Source: Microcystis aeruginosa NIES-2549 (lineage in GTDB: Bacteria; Cyanobacteriota; Cyanobacteriia; Cyanobacteriales; Microcystaceae). Taken from it: a stretch of 32,000 nt of DNA. The stretch spans positions 180,001-212,000 of the forward strand of contig NZ_CP011304.1 in the NCBI RefSeq assembly GCF_000981785.2, given 5' to 3'. The translations under genes were made by a program, and so were the position numbers. Below, in pieces: positions 15,702-25,230 of this stretch. Position 1 is the first letter of the stretch, and each line of letters begins with the position of its first letter. The notes under the pieces are model-generated. The model was not told the origin of the DNA and did no database searches. It worked only from the letters and a program-made list of their open reading frames with translations.

Positions 15702-15721
15702 GGTTTTTACCTAGGTGAAAT

Positions 15722-15964
15722 TTAATTATCGGTTAATATTTCCGCCACTTGCCAACGTTTGGTTTTACTGAGGGGGCGGGTTTCACGAATACGAACTCGA
15801 TCGCCTTGTTTGGCTTGATTTTCTGGGTCGTGAGCCTTAAATTTCTGGGTTTTCACGACGATTTTGCCGTATTTAGGGTGAGGAGAGCGGTTTTCAATGG
15901 CTACCACTACGGTTTTATCCATTTTGTCGCTGACTACTACCCCAACTCTTTCTTTAACTGCCAT
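15722..15964 (-). CDS. rpsQ: 30S ribosomal protein S17
   Basis: [31 protein letters not shown]. Confidence 0.95.
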   Translation of the reverse strand: MAVKERVGVVVSDKMDKTVVVAIENRSPHPKYGKIVVKTQKFKAHDPENQAKQGDRVRIRETRPLSKTKRWQVAEILTDN

Positions 15965-15970
15965 AGCGGG

Positions 15971-16189
15971 TTATGCCTCCGGGGTGGACTGGGCTAGTTG
16001 GCGCTCCCGTTCTACGGTCAATAATTGGCCGAGACGGTGGCGGGTGTGTTTAAATTCGTGGGTTTTTTCCAAGCGGCGGGTGGCCTGCTGCAAACGCAAT
16101 TCAAACAGTTTCTTTTTGGCATTGAGGATAGCATCGGCGATTTCCTCATCGCTCATCTTCCTGACTTCGGCGATTTTTGGTAGAGCCAT
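15971..16189 (-). CDS. rpmC: 50S ribosomal protein L29
   Basis: 72 aa with ELRLQQATRRLEKTHEFKHTRHRL. Its start overlaps the rplP stop by 1 nt (TAATG). Confidence 0.9.
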   Translation of the reverse strand: MALPKIAEVRKMSDEEIADAILNAKKKLFELRLQQATRRLEKTHEFKHTRHRLGQLLTVERERQLAQSTPEA

Positions 16190-16608
16190 TAGACAAAATC
16201 CTCCTCGCGAGTGATAAATTTGGTCTTAATTGGTAATTTTTGAGCCGCTAGGCGCATTGCTTCCCGGGCTACCGGTTCGGCTACCCCGGCAATTTCAAAC
16301 ATAATGAACCCCGGTTTAACCACGGCTACCCAGAATTCGGGGGAACCTTTCCCTGAACCCATCCGAGTTTCTGCAGCCCTTTGGGTGACGGGTTTATCGG
16401 GAAAAACGCGAATCCAGATTTTGCCACCCCGACGGATATAACGAGTCATTGCCCGTCTGGCGGCTTCGATTTGACGGGAAGTAATCCAACAGGGTTCGGT
16501 GGCTTGCAGGGCGAAATCGCCGAAATTAATCGTATTTCCGCCAGTGGCCAGCCCGCGCATCCGTCCGCGCTGTTGTTTGCGGAATTTTGTTCTTTTGGGA
16601 CTTAACAT
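16189..16608 (-). CDS. rplP: 50S ribosomal protein L16
   Basis: [19 protein letters not shown]...[19 protein letters not shown]. Confidence 0.95.
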   Translation of the reverse strand: MLSPKRTKFRKQQRGRMRGLATGGNTINFGDFALQATEPCWITSRQIEAARRAMTRYIRRGGKIWIRVFPDKPVTQRAAETRMGSGKGSPEFWVAVVKPGFIMFEIAGVAEPVAREAMRLAAQKLPIKTKFITREEDFV

Positions 16609-16638
16609 GAGCTATTTAGCGATGATAAATATGAGGGA

Positions 16639-17367
16639 TCAGCCTTCGCTGGAGCGATCTTCAAACTGTTGACGGCGACGCTGTTGACGGCGCGGTGCTT
16701 GAGCGGGAACGGCGGCGGCAATTTCTTCTTGGCCGGGGATAATTTCGCCCTTAAAGATCCAAACTTTCACGCCTAGAATCCCGTAGATGGTGCTGGCGGT
16801 TTTGTAGGAGTAATCGATATCGGCCCGCAGGGTATGCAGGGGAACTCGTCCTTCCCGCACCCATTCAGTCCGAGCGATTTCTGCCCCGTTGAGACGGCCG
16901 CTAACTTGAATTTTGATCCCTTTGACTTCGGCCCTTTGCGCCCGTTGGATGGCCTGGCGGACCACACGACGGAAGGAAACCCGTCTTTCTAGTTGTTGGG
17001 CGATGTATTCGGCGATCAGGTTGGCATCGGCATCAACGCGAGCCACTTCGATGACGTTAATGCGAATTTGACGCTGGCCACCGAGGGCTTTTTGTAAACC
17101 TAGGCGCAGCTGTTCGATTCCCGTGCCACCACGACCGACGACGACCCCGGGGCGAGCGGTGTGGATGGAAATATCTACTTGATCGGCCTTGCGTTCGATG
17201 CGAATATCGGCGATACCGGCATTAGCGAGGTTTTTTTCGACGTATTCACGAATGCGGCGATCTTCTTGCACTAATTCGGGGTAACGTTTCGCGTCGGCAT
17301 ACCAGCAAGATTTATGATCTTTGATAACGCCGAGACGAAAACCGAGGGGATGGATTTTTTGTCCCAT
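16639..17367 (-). CDS. rpsC: 30S ribosomal protein S3
   Basis: [13 protein letters not shown]...KH domain...[13 protein letters not shown], with an Arg/Gln-rich C-terminal extension. Confidence 0.95.
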   Translation of the reverse strand: MGQKIHPLGFRLGVIKDHKSCWYADAKRYPELVQEDRRIREYVEKNLANAGIADIRIERKADQVDISIHTARPGVVVGRGGTGIEQLRLGLQKALGGQRQIRINVIEVARVDADANLIAEYIAQQLERRVSFRRVVRQAIQRAQRAEVKGIKIQVSGRLNGAEIARTEWVREGRVPLHTLRADIDYSYKTASTIYGILGVKVWIFKGEIIPGQEEIAAAVPAQAPRRQQRRRQQFEDRSSEG

Positions 17368-17390
17368 TGTGGTTTTTTTAGTTAAGGTGA

Positions 17391-17750
17391 TTAGTCTTTG
17401 TTGCTAGGAGCGACGGCGACGGTGATATGACAGGTGGGTTTGCGAATTTGGTAGGCGCGGCCTTGGGCCCGGGGTCGAAAACGTTTTAGGGTCGGTCCGC
17501 CATCGGCAAAGGCTTGGCTAACCACCAAAGTGGCGGGATCGAGTCCTTCGTTATTTTCGGCGTTGGCAACGGCGGAACGCAGGACCTTCAGGATCGGGTC
17601 ACAGGCCCGGTAGGGCATGAATTCGAGAATAATTAGGGCTTCCCGATAGGAGCGACCGCGGATCTGATCGAGTACCCGTCTGACTTTCAGGGGTGACATC
17701 CGAATATAGCGGGCGATCGCTTTGACTTCGTTAGAGGTATCGATGGTCAT
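17391..17750 (-). CDS. rplV: 50S ribosomal protein L22
   Basis: [23 protein letters not shown]...[18 protein letters not shown]. Confidence 0.95.
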   Translation of the reverse strand: MTIDTSNEVKAIARYIRMSPLKVRRVLDQIRGRSYREALIILEFMPYRACDPILKVLRSAVANAENNEGLDPATLVVSQAFADGGPTLKRFRPRAQGRAYQIRKPTCHITVAVAPSNKD

Positions 17751-17752
17751 TT

Positions 17753-17786
17753 CAGTTATCAGTTATCAGTTATCAGTTATCAGTTA
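17753..17786 (-). repeat. Heptamer tandem repeat, (CAGTTAT)4.9 on the plus strand = (CUGAUAA)n in the transcript
   Basis: Starts 2 nt upstream of the rplV start codon in the rpsS-rplV spacer. Confidence 0.95.
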
Positions 17787-17791
17787 GGTAG

Positions 17792-17856
17792 GGTGGGTTA
17801 GGCGACGACAACTTATAAGACTTAGTTATTAATTTATCTAGTCGCCGTAACCCACC
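17792..17856. repeat. Imperfect inverted repeat / hairpin element (GGTGGGTTAGGCGAC ... GTCGCCGTAACCCACC)
   Basis: 15/16-nt arms separated by an AT-rich loop of about 33 nt. The arm sequence is related to the GGGTTACG...TAACCCA element at 6651-6671. Confidence 0.7.
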
Positions 17857-17917
17857 ATCTCATGGTTATCTGAACGCTGACCGGGGGCTGACGGTTTTAA
17901 GATAACCGCCCACCGAT

Positions 17918-18199
17918 CTATTTCCGTCCTGCTTTTTTATCGCTCTTGGCGTGGCCGCGGAAGGTGCGGGTGGGAGCGAATTCACCGAGTTTATGACCGA
18001 CCATCTGCTCGGAAACGTAGACGGGAACGTGCTGTTTGCCGTTGTGAACGGCGATCGTGTGACCGACCATATCGGGAATGATTGTCGAGGCCCGGGACCA
18101 AGTTTTAATCACTTGTTTACTGCCCTGGGCGTTGAGTTTTTCGATTTTTTCCATCAGGTGGCCAGCGACAAATGGCCCCTTTTTCAGTGAACGACCCAT
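17918..18199 (-). CDS. rpsS: 30S ribosomal protein S19
   Basis: [11 protein letters not shown]...[17 protein letters not shown]...[13 protein letters not shown]. Confidence 0.95.
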   Translation of the reverse strand: MGRSLKKGPFVAGHLMEKIEKLNAQGSKQVIKTWSRASTIIPDMVGHTIAVHNGKQHVPVYVSEQMVGHKLGEFAPTRTFRGHAKSDKKAGRK

Positions 18200-18229
18200 A
18201 ATTTTCAGTCAAAAGTAAAGTAATAATTT

Positions 18230-19063
18230 CTAACCCTGGTTACGACGGCGCACGATCAGATCGCTACTGCGTTTTTTCTTGTTGCGAGTTTTGCGACCGA
18301 GGGCGGGTTTACCCCAGGGAGTCATCGGGCCGGAACGTCCGATGGGAGCGCGACCCTCTCCACCTCCATGCGGGTGATCCACTGGGTTCATGACGCTACC
18401 CCGAACATGAGGCCGTTGACCGCGGTGACGGGTACGGCCGGCTTTACCGAGACTGATGTTTCTCGCTTCGGCGTTACCGACTTTTCCGATGGTGGCGTAG
18501 CATTCACGCCGGATCATGCGGACTTCTTTGGAGGGGAGGCGGATGGTAACATAATCGCCTTCTTTGGCTACCACTTGGGCGAAACCACCAGCGGCCCGCA
18601 CCATTTGACCACCGCGACCGGGGACGAGTTCGATGTTATGAACTTCTGTCCCTAGGGGGATGCGACTTAAAGGGAGGGCATTACCCACCTCGAAAGGAGC
18701 GTTTTCTCCGGCGATGACGGTATCACCAACGCCTAAACCGGCGGGGGCGATGATGTAGCGTTTTTCCCCGTCTTTGTAGAAAAGCAGGGCAATGCGGGCG
18801 TTACGGTTAGGATCGTACTCGATCGCCGCTACTGTGGCGGGAATATCCCGTTTATCGCGACGAAAATCGATCATCCGGTAGAGGCGCTTATGGCCGCCGC
18901 CCCGGTGACGACTGGTGACGACACCGCGATTATTACGCCCCTGTTGACTGTGTTTGTGGTAAGTTAGGGACTTTTCCGGTTCGGTTTTGGTGATCTCTTT
19001 AAAGTCGGAGATGGCCGCCTGCCTTGTCCCGGGGGTTAAAGGTCTAAAAGAACGAATACCCAT
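18230..19063 (-). CDS. rplB: 50S ribosomal protein L2
   Basis: 277 aa with [19 protein letters not shown]...[13 protein letters not shown]. Confidence 0.95.
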   Translation of the reverse strand: MGIRSFRPLTPGTRQAAISDFKEITKTEPEKSLTYHKHSQQGRNNRGVVTSRHRGGGHKRLYRMIDFRRDKRDIPATVAAIEYDPNRNARIALLFYKDGEKRYIIAPAGLGVGDTVIAGENAPFEVGNALPLSRIPLGTEVHNIELVPGRGGQMVRAAGGFAQVVAKEGDYVTIRLPSKEVRMIRRECYATIGKVGNAEARNISLGKAGRTRHRGQRPHVRGSVMNPVDHPHGGGEGRAPIGRSGPMTPWGKPALGRKTRNKKKRSSDLIVRRRNQG

Positions 19064-19096
19064 AGTTTAGTTTTCCGTTATCGGGTTTCTTGGTGG

Positions 19097-19402
19097 TTAT
19101 ACGTCGGGATAGAGAGCGATCGAGTCGCCTGCTGCCAGGGTGACGATCGCGCGTTTGTATTGGGGTTTGTAACCGAGGAAACGGCCGACGCGTTTTTTCT
19201 GACGAGAGGGGCGGCTGGTGTTCACTTTCGTTACTTTCACGTCAAACAGCAGTTCGATCGCCGCTTGAATTTCCGGCTTGGTCGCTTTCAAGGCGACATC
19301 GAAGACGTATTTATTTTGTTCTAGGAGCAGGGTGGCTTTCTCGGTCACGATCGGCTTTAGGATCAGATCGGCGAGTTGCCTGGCTTCAGTTTTAAGCACC
19401 AT
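19097..19402 (-). CDS. rplW: 50S ribosomal protein L23
   Basis: [24 protein letters not shown]. The track ORF begins at a TTG (19414). The ATG at 19402 sits behind a GAGGAGG Shine-Dalgarno and overlaps the rplD 3' end by 11 nt. Confidence 0.9.
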   Translation of the reverse strand: MVLKTEARQLADLILKPIVTEKATLLLEQNKYVFDVALKATKPEIQAAIELLFDVKVTKVNTSRPSRQKKRVGRFLGYKPQYKRAIVTLAAGDSIALYPDV

Positions 19403-20024
19403 AGACCTCCTCAATTTTGGCTAGGGCTGCGGCGGTGGCGATAACTCGATCGGCTAGGATGACATCATAGACGTTGAGACTATCGGCGCGAATAATTTTG
19501 AGATTGCAGATATTACGTCCCGATAAATAGACATTTTCGGGAATTTCCGTCAGAATCAGCAGAATTTTTTCCTCTGGACTGGCTCCCCAGCGAGCTAAGG
19601 CAGCGGTGAGTTCTTTGGTTTTGGGTTGGGAGAATTGTTCGGCGAAGCTTTCCACCACAATAAAGTTATCGGCCTGGCCGATCAAAGCGGTTCTCAGGGC
19701 TAATCTTTTCTCCTTGCGGTTGACCTTAACTTCAAAATCTCTGGGTTTTGGTCCGAAGATGACACCGCCACCACGCCAGAGGGGAGAACGGATCGAACCA
19801 GCCCGGGCCCGACCGGTGCCTTTTTGCCGCCAGGGTTTGCGACCACCGCCGCGCACTTCCGAGCGGGTTTTGGTGGAGGCGTTACCTTGACGGGCCGCCG
19901 CTAGATGGCTGATGACGACGCGGTGAATTAGGTGTTTGGCGGTTTCGGGTTTAGCGGTTTTCAGTTCCAGTGTGCCTGTTCCCGCTTCTTCCCCTTGCCA
20001 ATTTTTGACTGTGTAGTTAACCAT
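19392..20024 (-). CDS. rplD: 50S ribosomal protein L4
   Basis: [38 protein letters not shown]. Confidence 0.95.
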   Translation of the reverse strand: MVNYTVKNWQGEEAGTGTLELKTAKPETAKHLIHRVVISHLAAARQGNASTKTRSEVRGGGRKPWRQKGTGRARAGSIRSPLWRGGGVIFGPKPRDFEVKVNRKEKRLALRTALIGQADNFIVVESFAEQFSQPKTKELTAALARWGASPEEKILLILTEIPENVYLSGRNICNLKIIRADSLNVYDVILADRVIATAAALAKIEEVYGA

Positions 20025-20044
20025 GGCTTTAATCTTTCCTTGCC

Positions 20045-20683
20045 CTATTTACCAAACTTCTTGGCGGGGGTGATGTTTAACAGGGTTCCTGGTTTACCCG
20101 GGACGGCTCCTTTGATCAGGATCAGGTTGCGTTCGCTATCGATTTTGACCACGGACAATTTGCGGATGGTCACTTGGGTGGATCCGTATTGTCCAGCCAT
20201 TCTCTTACCCGGGAAAACCCGGCCAGGGGTAGTACCGGCACCGGTGGAACCGGGGAGACGGTGGTTTTTGGAACCGTGGGTCATGTTACCGCGTTTGAAG
20301 TTATGACGTTTTTGATAGCCGGAGAAACCTCGTCCGATGGTGGTTCCAGCCACATCGACCAAATCGCCTTCCTGGAAGATGGCGGCGGTAATTTCTTGGC
20401 CTAAAGTGTAAGCGGATGCGTCCTCAAGGCGGTATTCGATTAAATGCCGCAGGGGGGAGACTCCAGCTTTGGCTAAATGACCGAGCAGCGGTTTATTGAG
20501 GGCTTTTTCTTTGACGGTTTTGTATCCCACTTGGATGGATTCATAACCGTCGGTTTTTTTAGTTTTGACTTGGGTGACGGGACAGGGACCGGCCTGAACG
20601 ACGGTGACGGGAATGGCGACTCCCGTTTTGTTGTCGAAGATTTGGGTCATGCCCAGTTTTGTACCGAGGATACCGATAGACAC
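20045..20683 (-). CDS. rplC: 50S ribosomal protein L3
   Basis: [16 protein letters not shown]...[28 protein letters not shown]. It is the first gene of the cluster. Confidence 0.95.
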   Translation of the reverse strand: MSIGILGTKLGMTQIFDNKTGVAIPVTVVQAGPCPVTQVKTKKTDGYESIQVGYKTVKEKALNKPLLGHLAKAGVSPLRHLIEYRLEDASAYTLGQEITAAIFQEGDLVDVAGTTIGRGFSGYQKRHNFKRGNMTHGSKNHRLPGSTGAGTTPGRVFPGKRMAGQYGSTQVTIRKLSVVKIDSERNLILIKGAVPGKPGTLLNITPAKKFGK

Positions 20684-21253
20684 GGATTGTTCTCTTTATC
20701 TTTACTAGACGACAATCAAAAATAACGTGGCCGTGGCTATAGGAGCGGAAAATATTTTTCCCGCTTTATCAGCCTGCCCAACTTGAATGACTTTTTTGGA
20801 GTTATTTAAGCTGGCATCCCGTTAAATTCGTAAGTAAGACTAGACAGGGTTGCTGGTTCTGCCTAGATTGTTGCTGGTCTTTGTTTCTTGAGGACTTAAA
20901 GGGTTTATCTTCAGTATCCCGGCGAAGACCGATTGACCAAGGCGGTTCTGCTGGGCAGTGCCTTCAGCACCACCTAAAACCGATTTTGGCCACAATCAAA
21001 CATCATATAATATTTATGACTTTTTAGGCAAGAGGTTTTTTCAGTCACCAGAAATGATAATATCTAGTCTGGTCAAATTACCTGTGAGCGGTCTTCCGCA
21101 GCGATGGGGGCAGACCGAGCCAAGAGCCAATAGGTTTAATTATGGTGATTATCTTAATGGTGAGGTAGAAAGTTTTGGTTTTGGGGAATCGGTCGTTGGT
21201 GGTCGATAGCAAATTAGGTTACGCTTATTGAGGGGAAATACCGTCAATGGGGG

Positions 21254-21280
21254 GGGATGACAGCAGGGTACTATCATCCC
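21254..21280 (-). terminator. Hairpin 12 nt downstream of the glnB stop (possible terminator; the tail is C-rich, not U-rich)
   Basis: GGGATGACAG-cagggta-CTATCATCCC, a 10-bp stem with one mismatch. Confidence 0.3.
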
Positions 21281-21291
21281 TTGTTTGGAGG

Positions 21292-21672
<381 letters not shown>

Positions 21673-21775
21673 TTAACTGTTAATTCTAAACGCAGAATCC
21701 CGACAATAGCGCTTAAAGTCATGATTTCTTCAATTATTGGCCTTGGCCAAAGTCTTCCGTCATGAAAAATCTCCA

Positions 21776-21795
21776 GGGTGGGAATTAGCCCACCC
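21776..21795 (-). terminator. Stem-loop about 20 nt downstream of the DUF4079 gene stop
   Basis: GGGTGGG-aattag-CCCACCC, a perfect 7-bp stem. In the minus sense it is followed by tggagaTTTTT. Confidence 0.45.
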
Positions 21796-21814
21796 GAAGC
21801 CATAAATAAACCAA

Positions 21815-22300
21815 CTAGAGAGATAATCCTAACTGAAGACCGAAAACACCGTGAACTAGCAGTAAAATCAGGGCAATACTGCCGATATAGGCGTGAATAG
21901 TCCGGAAAAGTTCTTTTTTACCGCCAGCGAAGCCCGTGAGGGACAATAATCCATTGAAAGCTAATAAACCAATCGCGATCGATCCTGTCCAGAAATGGCT
22001 GCTTTCGAGGATCGGATGTTTCTGCATGACTAGGGATAAAATACCGCCGGTGTAACCGAGAGCGATAAATAAAAACAGCCAAGGGGCGAGTTTGCGGTGA
22101 TCAGCCCGATTTTTGTCCACTACTTCCCCATCTTGGCTTAAACGGCTTTGCCAACCGGCATAGGCAGTATAACTACCCATAACTAAAACCACGATCCCCA
22201 TCATGACTGGATGTCCCCAATGAACGATTGGTTCGGGAGTTCCGAGACTGCGAAAGGCAGCGGCGATCGGCTCTAGCGCATCACTTAAACTTTGATTCAT
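21815..22300 (-). CDS. DUF4079-family integral membrane protein
   Basis: 161 aa with four predicted TM helices. HWGHPVMMGIVVLVMG and HAYIGSIALILLLVHG histidine-bearing helices are typical of the cyanobacterial/plant DUF4079 family (assignment from memory). Confidence 0.6.
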   Translation of the reverse strand: MNQSLSDALEPIAAAFRSLGTPEPIVHWGHPVMMGIVVLVMGSYTAYAGWQSRLSQDGEVVDKNRADHRKLAPWLFLFIALGYTGGILSLVMQKHPILESSHFWTGSIAIGLLAFNGLLSLTGFAGGKKELFRTIHAYIGSIALILLLVHGVFGLQLGLSL

Positions 22301-22498
22301 CTTTGTTACCTAACTTTACAAAACCCTTTTGCCTAAGATTTTAGCCGATCTCCGACCCGGAAAAACTGCGGTTAGCCGAAAAAATGTCAAGCCTTTGCTA
22401 AATTTCTTAACATTTCAGCTAGAGATGAGCCGAGAAATATAGAATAAAGGCAGGGGAAACTAGGGATCCCCACGGGGATTAACCCCTAGGAGGGCATT

Positions 22499-23158
22499 AT
22501 GACTTATCTGCTCAAAGATCGACGATCGGCTGGGAGACTATTAGCTAGTTACTTGACAGAATATACCAATAGTGCTAGGGCGCTAGTGTTGGCTTTGCCC
22601 CGGGGCGGGGTTCCGATCGCCTTTGAAATTGCCCAAAGGTTACATTTACCCCTAGATCTGTGTTTAGTGCGAAAATTAGGTGTACCTGGGCAAAAAGAGT
22701 TAGCTTTTGGCGCGATCGGTCAGAATGGTGTGCGGGTAATCAATGAAGGTATCGTTGAAGACTTGCACCTATCGCAGGCGATGATGGAACGGGTAGCAAA
22801 GGAAGAAAAGATCGAATTAGAGCGACGCAATCGCTTGTATCGAGGGGAGCGGCCCTTTCCTGGCTTGACGGGAAAAACGATTATTCTAGTAGATGATGGT
22901 ATCGCTACGGGAGCAACGATTAAAGCGGCGATTCTGACCCTTAAAGCTAGAAATCCCGCTGCTATTATTATTGCTGTTCCTATTGCCCCAGTGGAAGTCT
23001 GTGATCAATTAGAAAAATTAGTCGATCGAGTAATTTGCCTACATAAACCCTACGAATTGAGATCGATTTCTCTGTGGTACGAGGACTTTTCCCAAACCAG
23101 TGATGAGGAAGTGCAAACACTTTTGGCCAGCGTCGATAGTTCTTTGATTCCAGTTTAG
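22499..23158 (+). CDS. Phosphoribosyltransferase-family protein (COG1926-like)
   Basis: 219 aa with LALPRGGVPIAFEIA and the PRPP-binding loop TIILVDDGIATGATIKAA. Confidence 0.75.
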   Translation: MTYLLKDRRSAGRLLASYLTEYTNSARALVLALPRGGVPIAFEIAQRLHLPLDLCLVRKLGVPGQKELAFGAIGQNGVRVINEGIVEDLHLSQAMMERVAKEEKIELERRNRLYRGERPFPGLTGKTIILVDDGIATGATIKAAILTLKARNPAAIIIAVPIAPVEVCDQLEKLVDRVICLHKPYELRSISLWYEDFSQTSDEEVQTLLASVDSSLIPV

Positions 23159-23178
23159 GGAAGAGGGGAGAGGGAATC

Positions 23179-23201
23179 ATGAATTATGAATTATGAATTA
23201 G
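23179..23201 (+). repeat. Heptamer tandem repeat (TGAATTA)3
   Basis: catgaattatgaattatgaattag, just after the PRTase stop. Confidence 0.85.
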
Positions 23202-23278
23202 GAAGTGGGGAAAAGGGAGACCACTTCGTGCGCGTTGCGGGGGGAGAATAAATAAAAGTAATCTCCTAAATTCTGAAT

Positions 23279-23575
23279 TCATAATTCCACAGCATCGGTA
23301 TCAACGGTATTGGTTGGGGAAGAAACTTCGGTTTGATTATTTACTTTCCCGGGACGGCGATTGCGATAATCAAGAACTAATCGTGATAATTCCGTGGTTA
23401 AAAGGGTGAGGACAATACCATCATCAATCCAACCAATAATCGGGAAAACGTCGGGAGAAATATCGAGGGGACTAAAAAGATAAACCATAGTTCCCAGAAT
23501 GATAATCCAACGATATTGGGGGTGAGTGATTTTGCTGCTGTACCAGTTGTAAAAAGATTCAACAATCGGTTTCAT
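23279..23575 (-). CDS. DUF1232 (YkvA-like) small membrane protein
   Basis: 98 aa. YLFSPLDISPDVFPIIGWIDDGIVL is the characteristic DUF1232 motif. Confidence 0.7.
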   Translation of the reverse strand: MKPIVESFYNWYSSKITHPQYRWIIILGTMVYLFSPLDISPDVFPIIGWIDDGIVLTLLTTELSRLVLDYRNRRPGKVNNQTEVSSPTNTVDTDAVEL

Positions 23576-23681
23576 TAATTTTTCCTCGTTGACTGGGATA
23601 ATTTAATTTTGTCAGGTTCTCCTTGGGGCTGATAGTGGGGTTTTACCCCCCATTATGTAGGGTTATCCCCGCTAATTAATC

Positions 23682-23716
23682 AAAAAAAATGCCCCGAAGA
23701 AAATTCACCTTTAGGG
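23682..23716 (-). terminator. Possible intrinsic terminator downstream of the NADAR-fusion gene
   Basis: In the minus sense, CCCTAAAG-gtgaatttt-CTTCGGGG forms an imperfect 8-bp stem followed by CATTTTTTTT. Confidence 0.35.
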
Positions 23717-23803
23717 ATGAGCCTGAAGTATTATTACTGGATGATTAAGAAGGGAGATAGGGGCATCTTTTCCCGTCCAGGCGTTGGTTAGCTCGCCAGT
23801 CAT

Positions 23804-24811
23804 CTACTGGCCGCTGGAAAAATTGTAACGTATTCGTTCACGGGTTTCCATTAATAGCTGACCGAGCATATTCAATCCAGTTCCATCTCCACCATCACCC
23901 CAGTATCTATCATTTTTTGTATGCTCAATCAGCGTTAGATCACCGGTTGAAAGTATCTTTTCAGTTAAGTCAGGATGTTGTGTAAATTTGGCATATAGAG
24001 CCTCTCGCATCACATCATCTTTTATGATTTCCCAATCTCGACGCAGTGGTCTGCGACGATCCCGTCCCATCTCGGCCGCTTCTCGTGCTGTTTTGGCTTG
24101 TCGAATTTCTTCTTCATGAGGAGTATTAACAAACTTCTGAGCCTGAAAGTAATGTTCTGAGGTAGGCCATATTCTATCTTTTAGATGGATTGGGTATGGT
24201 GCAAAGTTCGAGAAAAACCCGTAAGGCTTATTTAAATGGTAAAACTTAATAGGCTCACTCAGAGCGTCGCTTGTATAGTCGATAGCATACTTCGCTAGAG
24301 TTGTTTGGATAAGTGTATTAATTTCCCGAGGAAGTGTTGCAATACCTCCGCCAATTGCATAACCTGGTATTGAGCTTTGATTTTGCCATCCTAAAACATC
24401 CCATCCCTGATCAAGCAGAAACTTTATATATTCCAAGTCAGATTCAACAACTTGTTGGTGAGTACGTCCGCCATAATCACTGTAAGTCATTGTAGTAATG
24501 GGAGCAATTTGCAAACGCCTTTGTAATGTGGAGTATTTACCTCCCATCAGAGACTCCATCGCTTGCATGACCGCTGCTTGATTGGCTCCTGATGTATTAG
24601 TATTCCAATGACCGGATTCATAGGTCTGGTGAATTGTGACAGTTTGAGCATAGTTAGCCGAGTAGGTGATAGCAACACCAGGGGATCCTATACTGATCAG
24701 CTTTTGTGCTTCAGCAATAATAGCGAGAGCTTGATCAAATGCGGAAAGATTGTTTCCGCTTTCGTCTTTGTAAGGCAAGTAAAAATTGAATAAACTTCCC
24801 ATGATAAGCAC
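23804..24811 (-). CDS. Two-domain protein: unassigned N-terminal domain (~185 aa) + C-terminal NADAR (YbiA/DUF1768) domain
   Basis: The C-terminal half reads FYHLNKPYGFFSNFAPYPIHLKDRIWPTSEHYFQAQKF...RDWEIIKDDVMREALYAKFTQHPDLTEKILSTGDLTLIEHTKNDRYWGDGGDGTGLNMLGQLLMETRE, which matches the NADAR/PF08719 consensus. The start is either the GTG at 24811 or the ATG at 24802. Confidence 0.8.
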   Translation of the reverse strand: MLIMGSLFNFYLPYKDESGNNLSAFDQALAIIAEAQKLISIGSPGVAITYSANYAQTVTIHQTYESGHWNTNTSGANQAAVMQAMESLMGGKYSTLQRRLQIAPITTMTYSDYGGRTHQQVVESDLEYIKFLLDQGWDVLGWQNQSSIPGYAIGGGIATLPREINTLIQTTLAKYAIDYTSDALSEPIKFYHLNKPYGFFSNFAPYPIHLKDRIWPTSEHYFQAQKFVNTPHEEEIRQAKTAREAAEMGRDRRRPLRRDWEIIKDDVMREALYAKFTQHPDLTEKILSTGDLTLIEHTKNDRYWGDGGDGTGLNMLGQLLMETRERIRYNFSSGQ

Positions 24812-25230
24812 TTTGATTGAACTGACAAGCGATCAAACAGAGATGAATGCCGATTATGGCGGTCTTCATATTTATAAACTAAAGGATGCGGGAAACTGGT
24901 AATTATTGGGACCACGAATGTATGGAAACGTATCAATCAGGCGAAAGTTCAACCATAGGTTTTTAAGCTCCACAAGAAGATATAGTGAGTGGCTAAGATA
25001 AGCTGTAAAGAATGGAACAGTCAAACTAGAGGCCGCGAGAGGTGAAAGTCTAACCCACGGGTCTGAATGGGAGGGGATGAAGGCGACATTCCCGACCCGT
25101 AATAGATGAAGTGTAACTTAATTTGGTATCGAGGACTGACTCCCCAAAAGGAAAACTTCCTATCTCACTATTAAGATAACTGCTATAACTGGGTATTCTA
25201 GGAAAGTGATCGGATTTCAGCCTTGAATCT

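Noticed and set aside
12118-20725. Numerous 60-125-aa ORFs antisense to or overlapping ribosomal protein genes, for example 12370-12708, 13470-13766, 15897-16214, 18368-18655, 19932-20306 and 20477-20725
   Set aside because: They are shadow ORFs on the opposite strand or in alternate frames of highly conserved GC-rich genes, with no recognisable motifs.
20958-21209. 83-aa plus-strand ORF in the rplC upstream region
   Set aside because: No recognisable motif or Shine-Dalgarno sequence, and its composition is typical of noncoding DNA. It is retained only as part of the long-leader observation.
25040-25060. GAGAGGTGAAAGTC as a cobalamin riboswitch or RNase P-like core
   Set aside because: Only a short resemblance to GGTGAAA-type cores. 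The flanking conserved elements (the B12 box, and the P4 partner or GGAAAGTCCGG context) are missing. The region is kept only as an unexplained structured segment.
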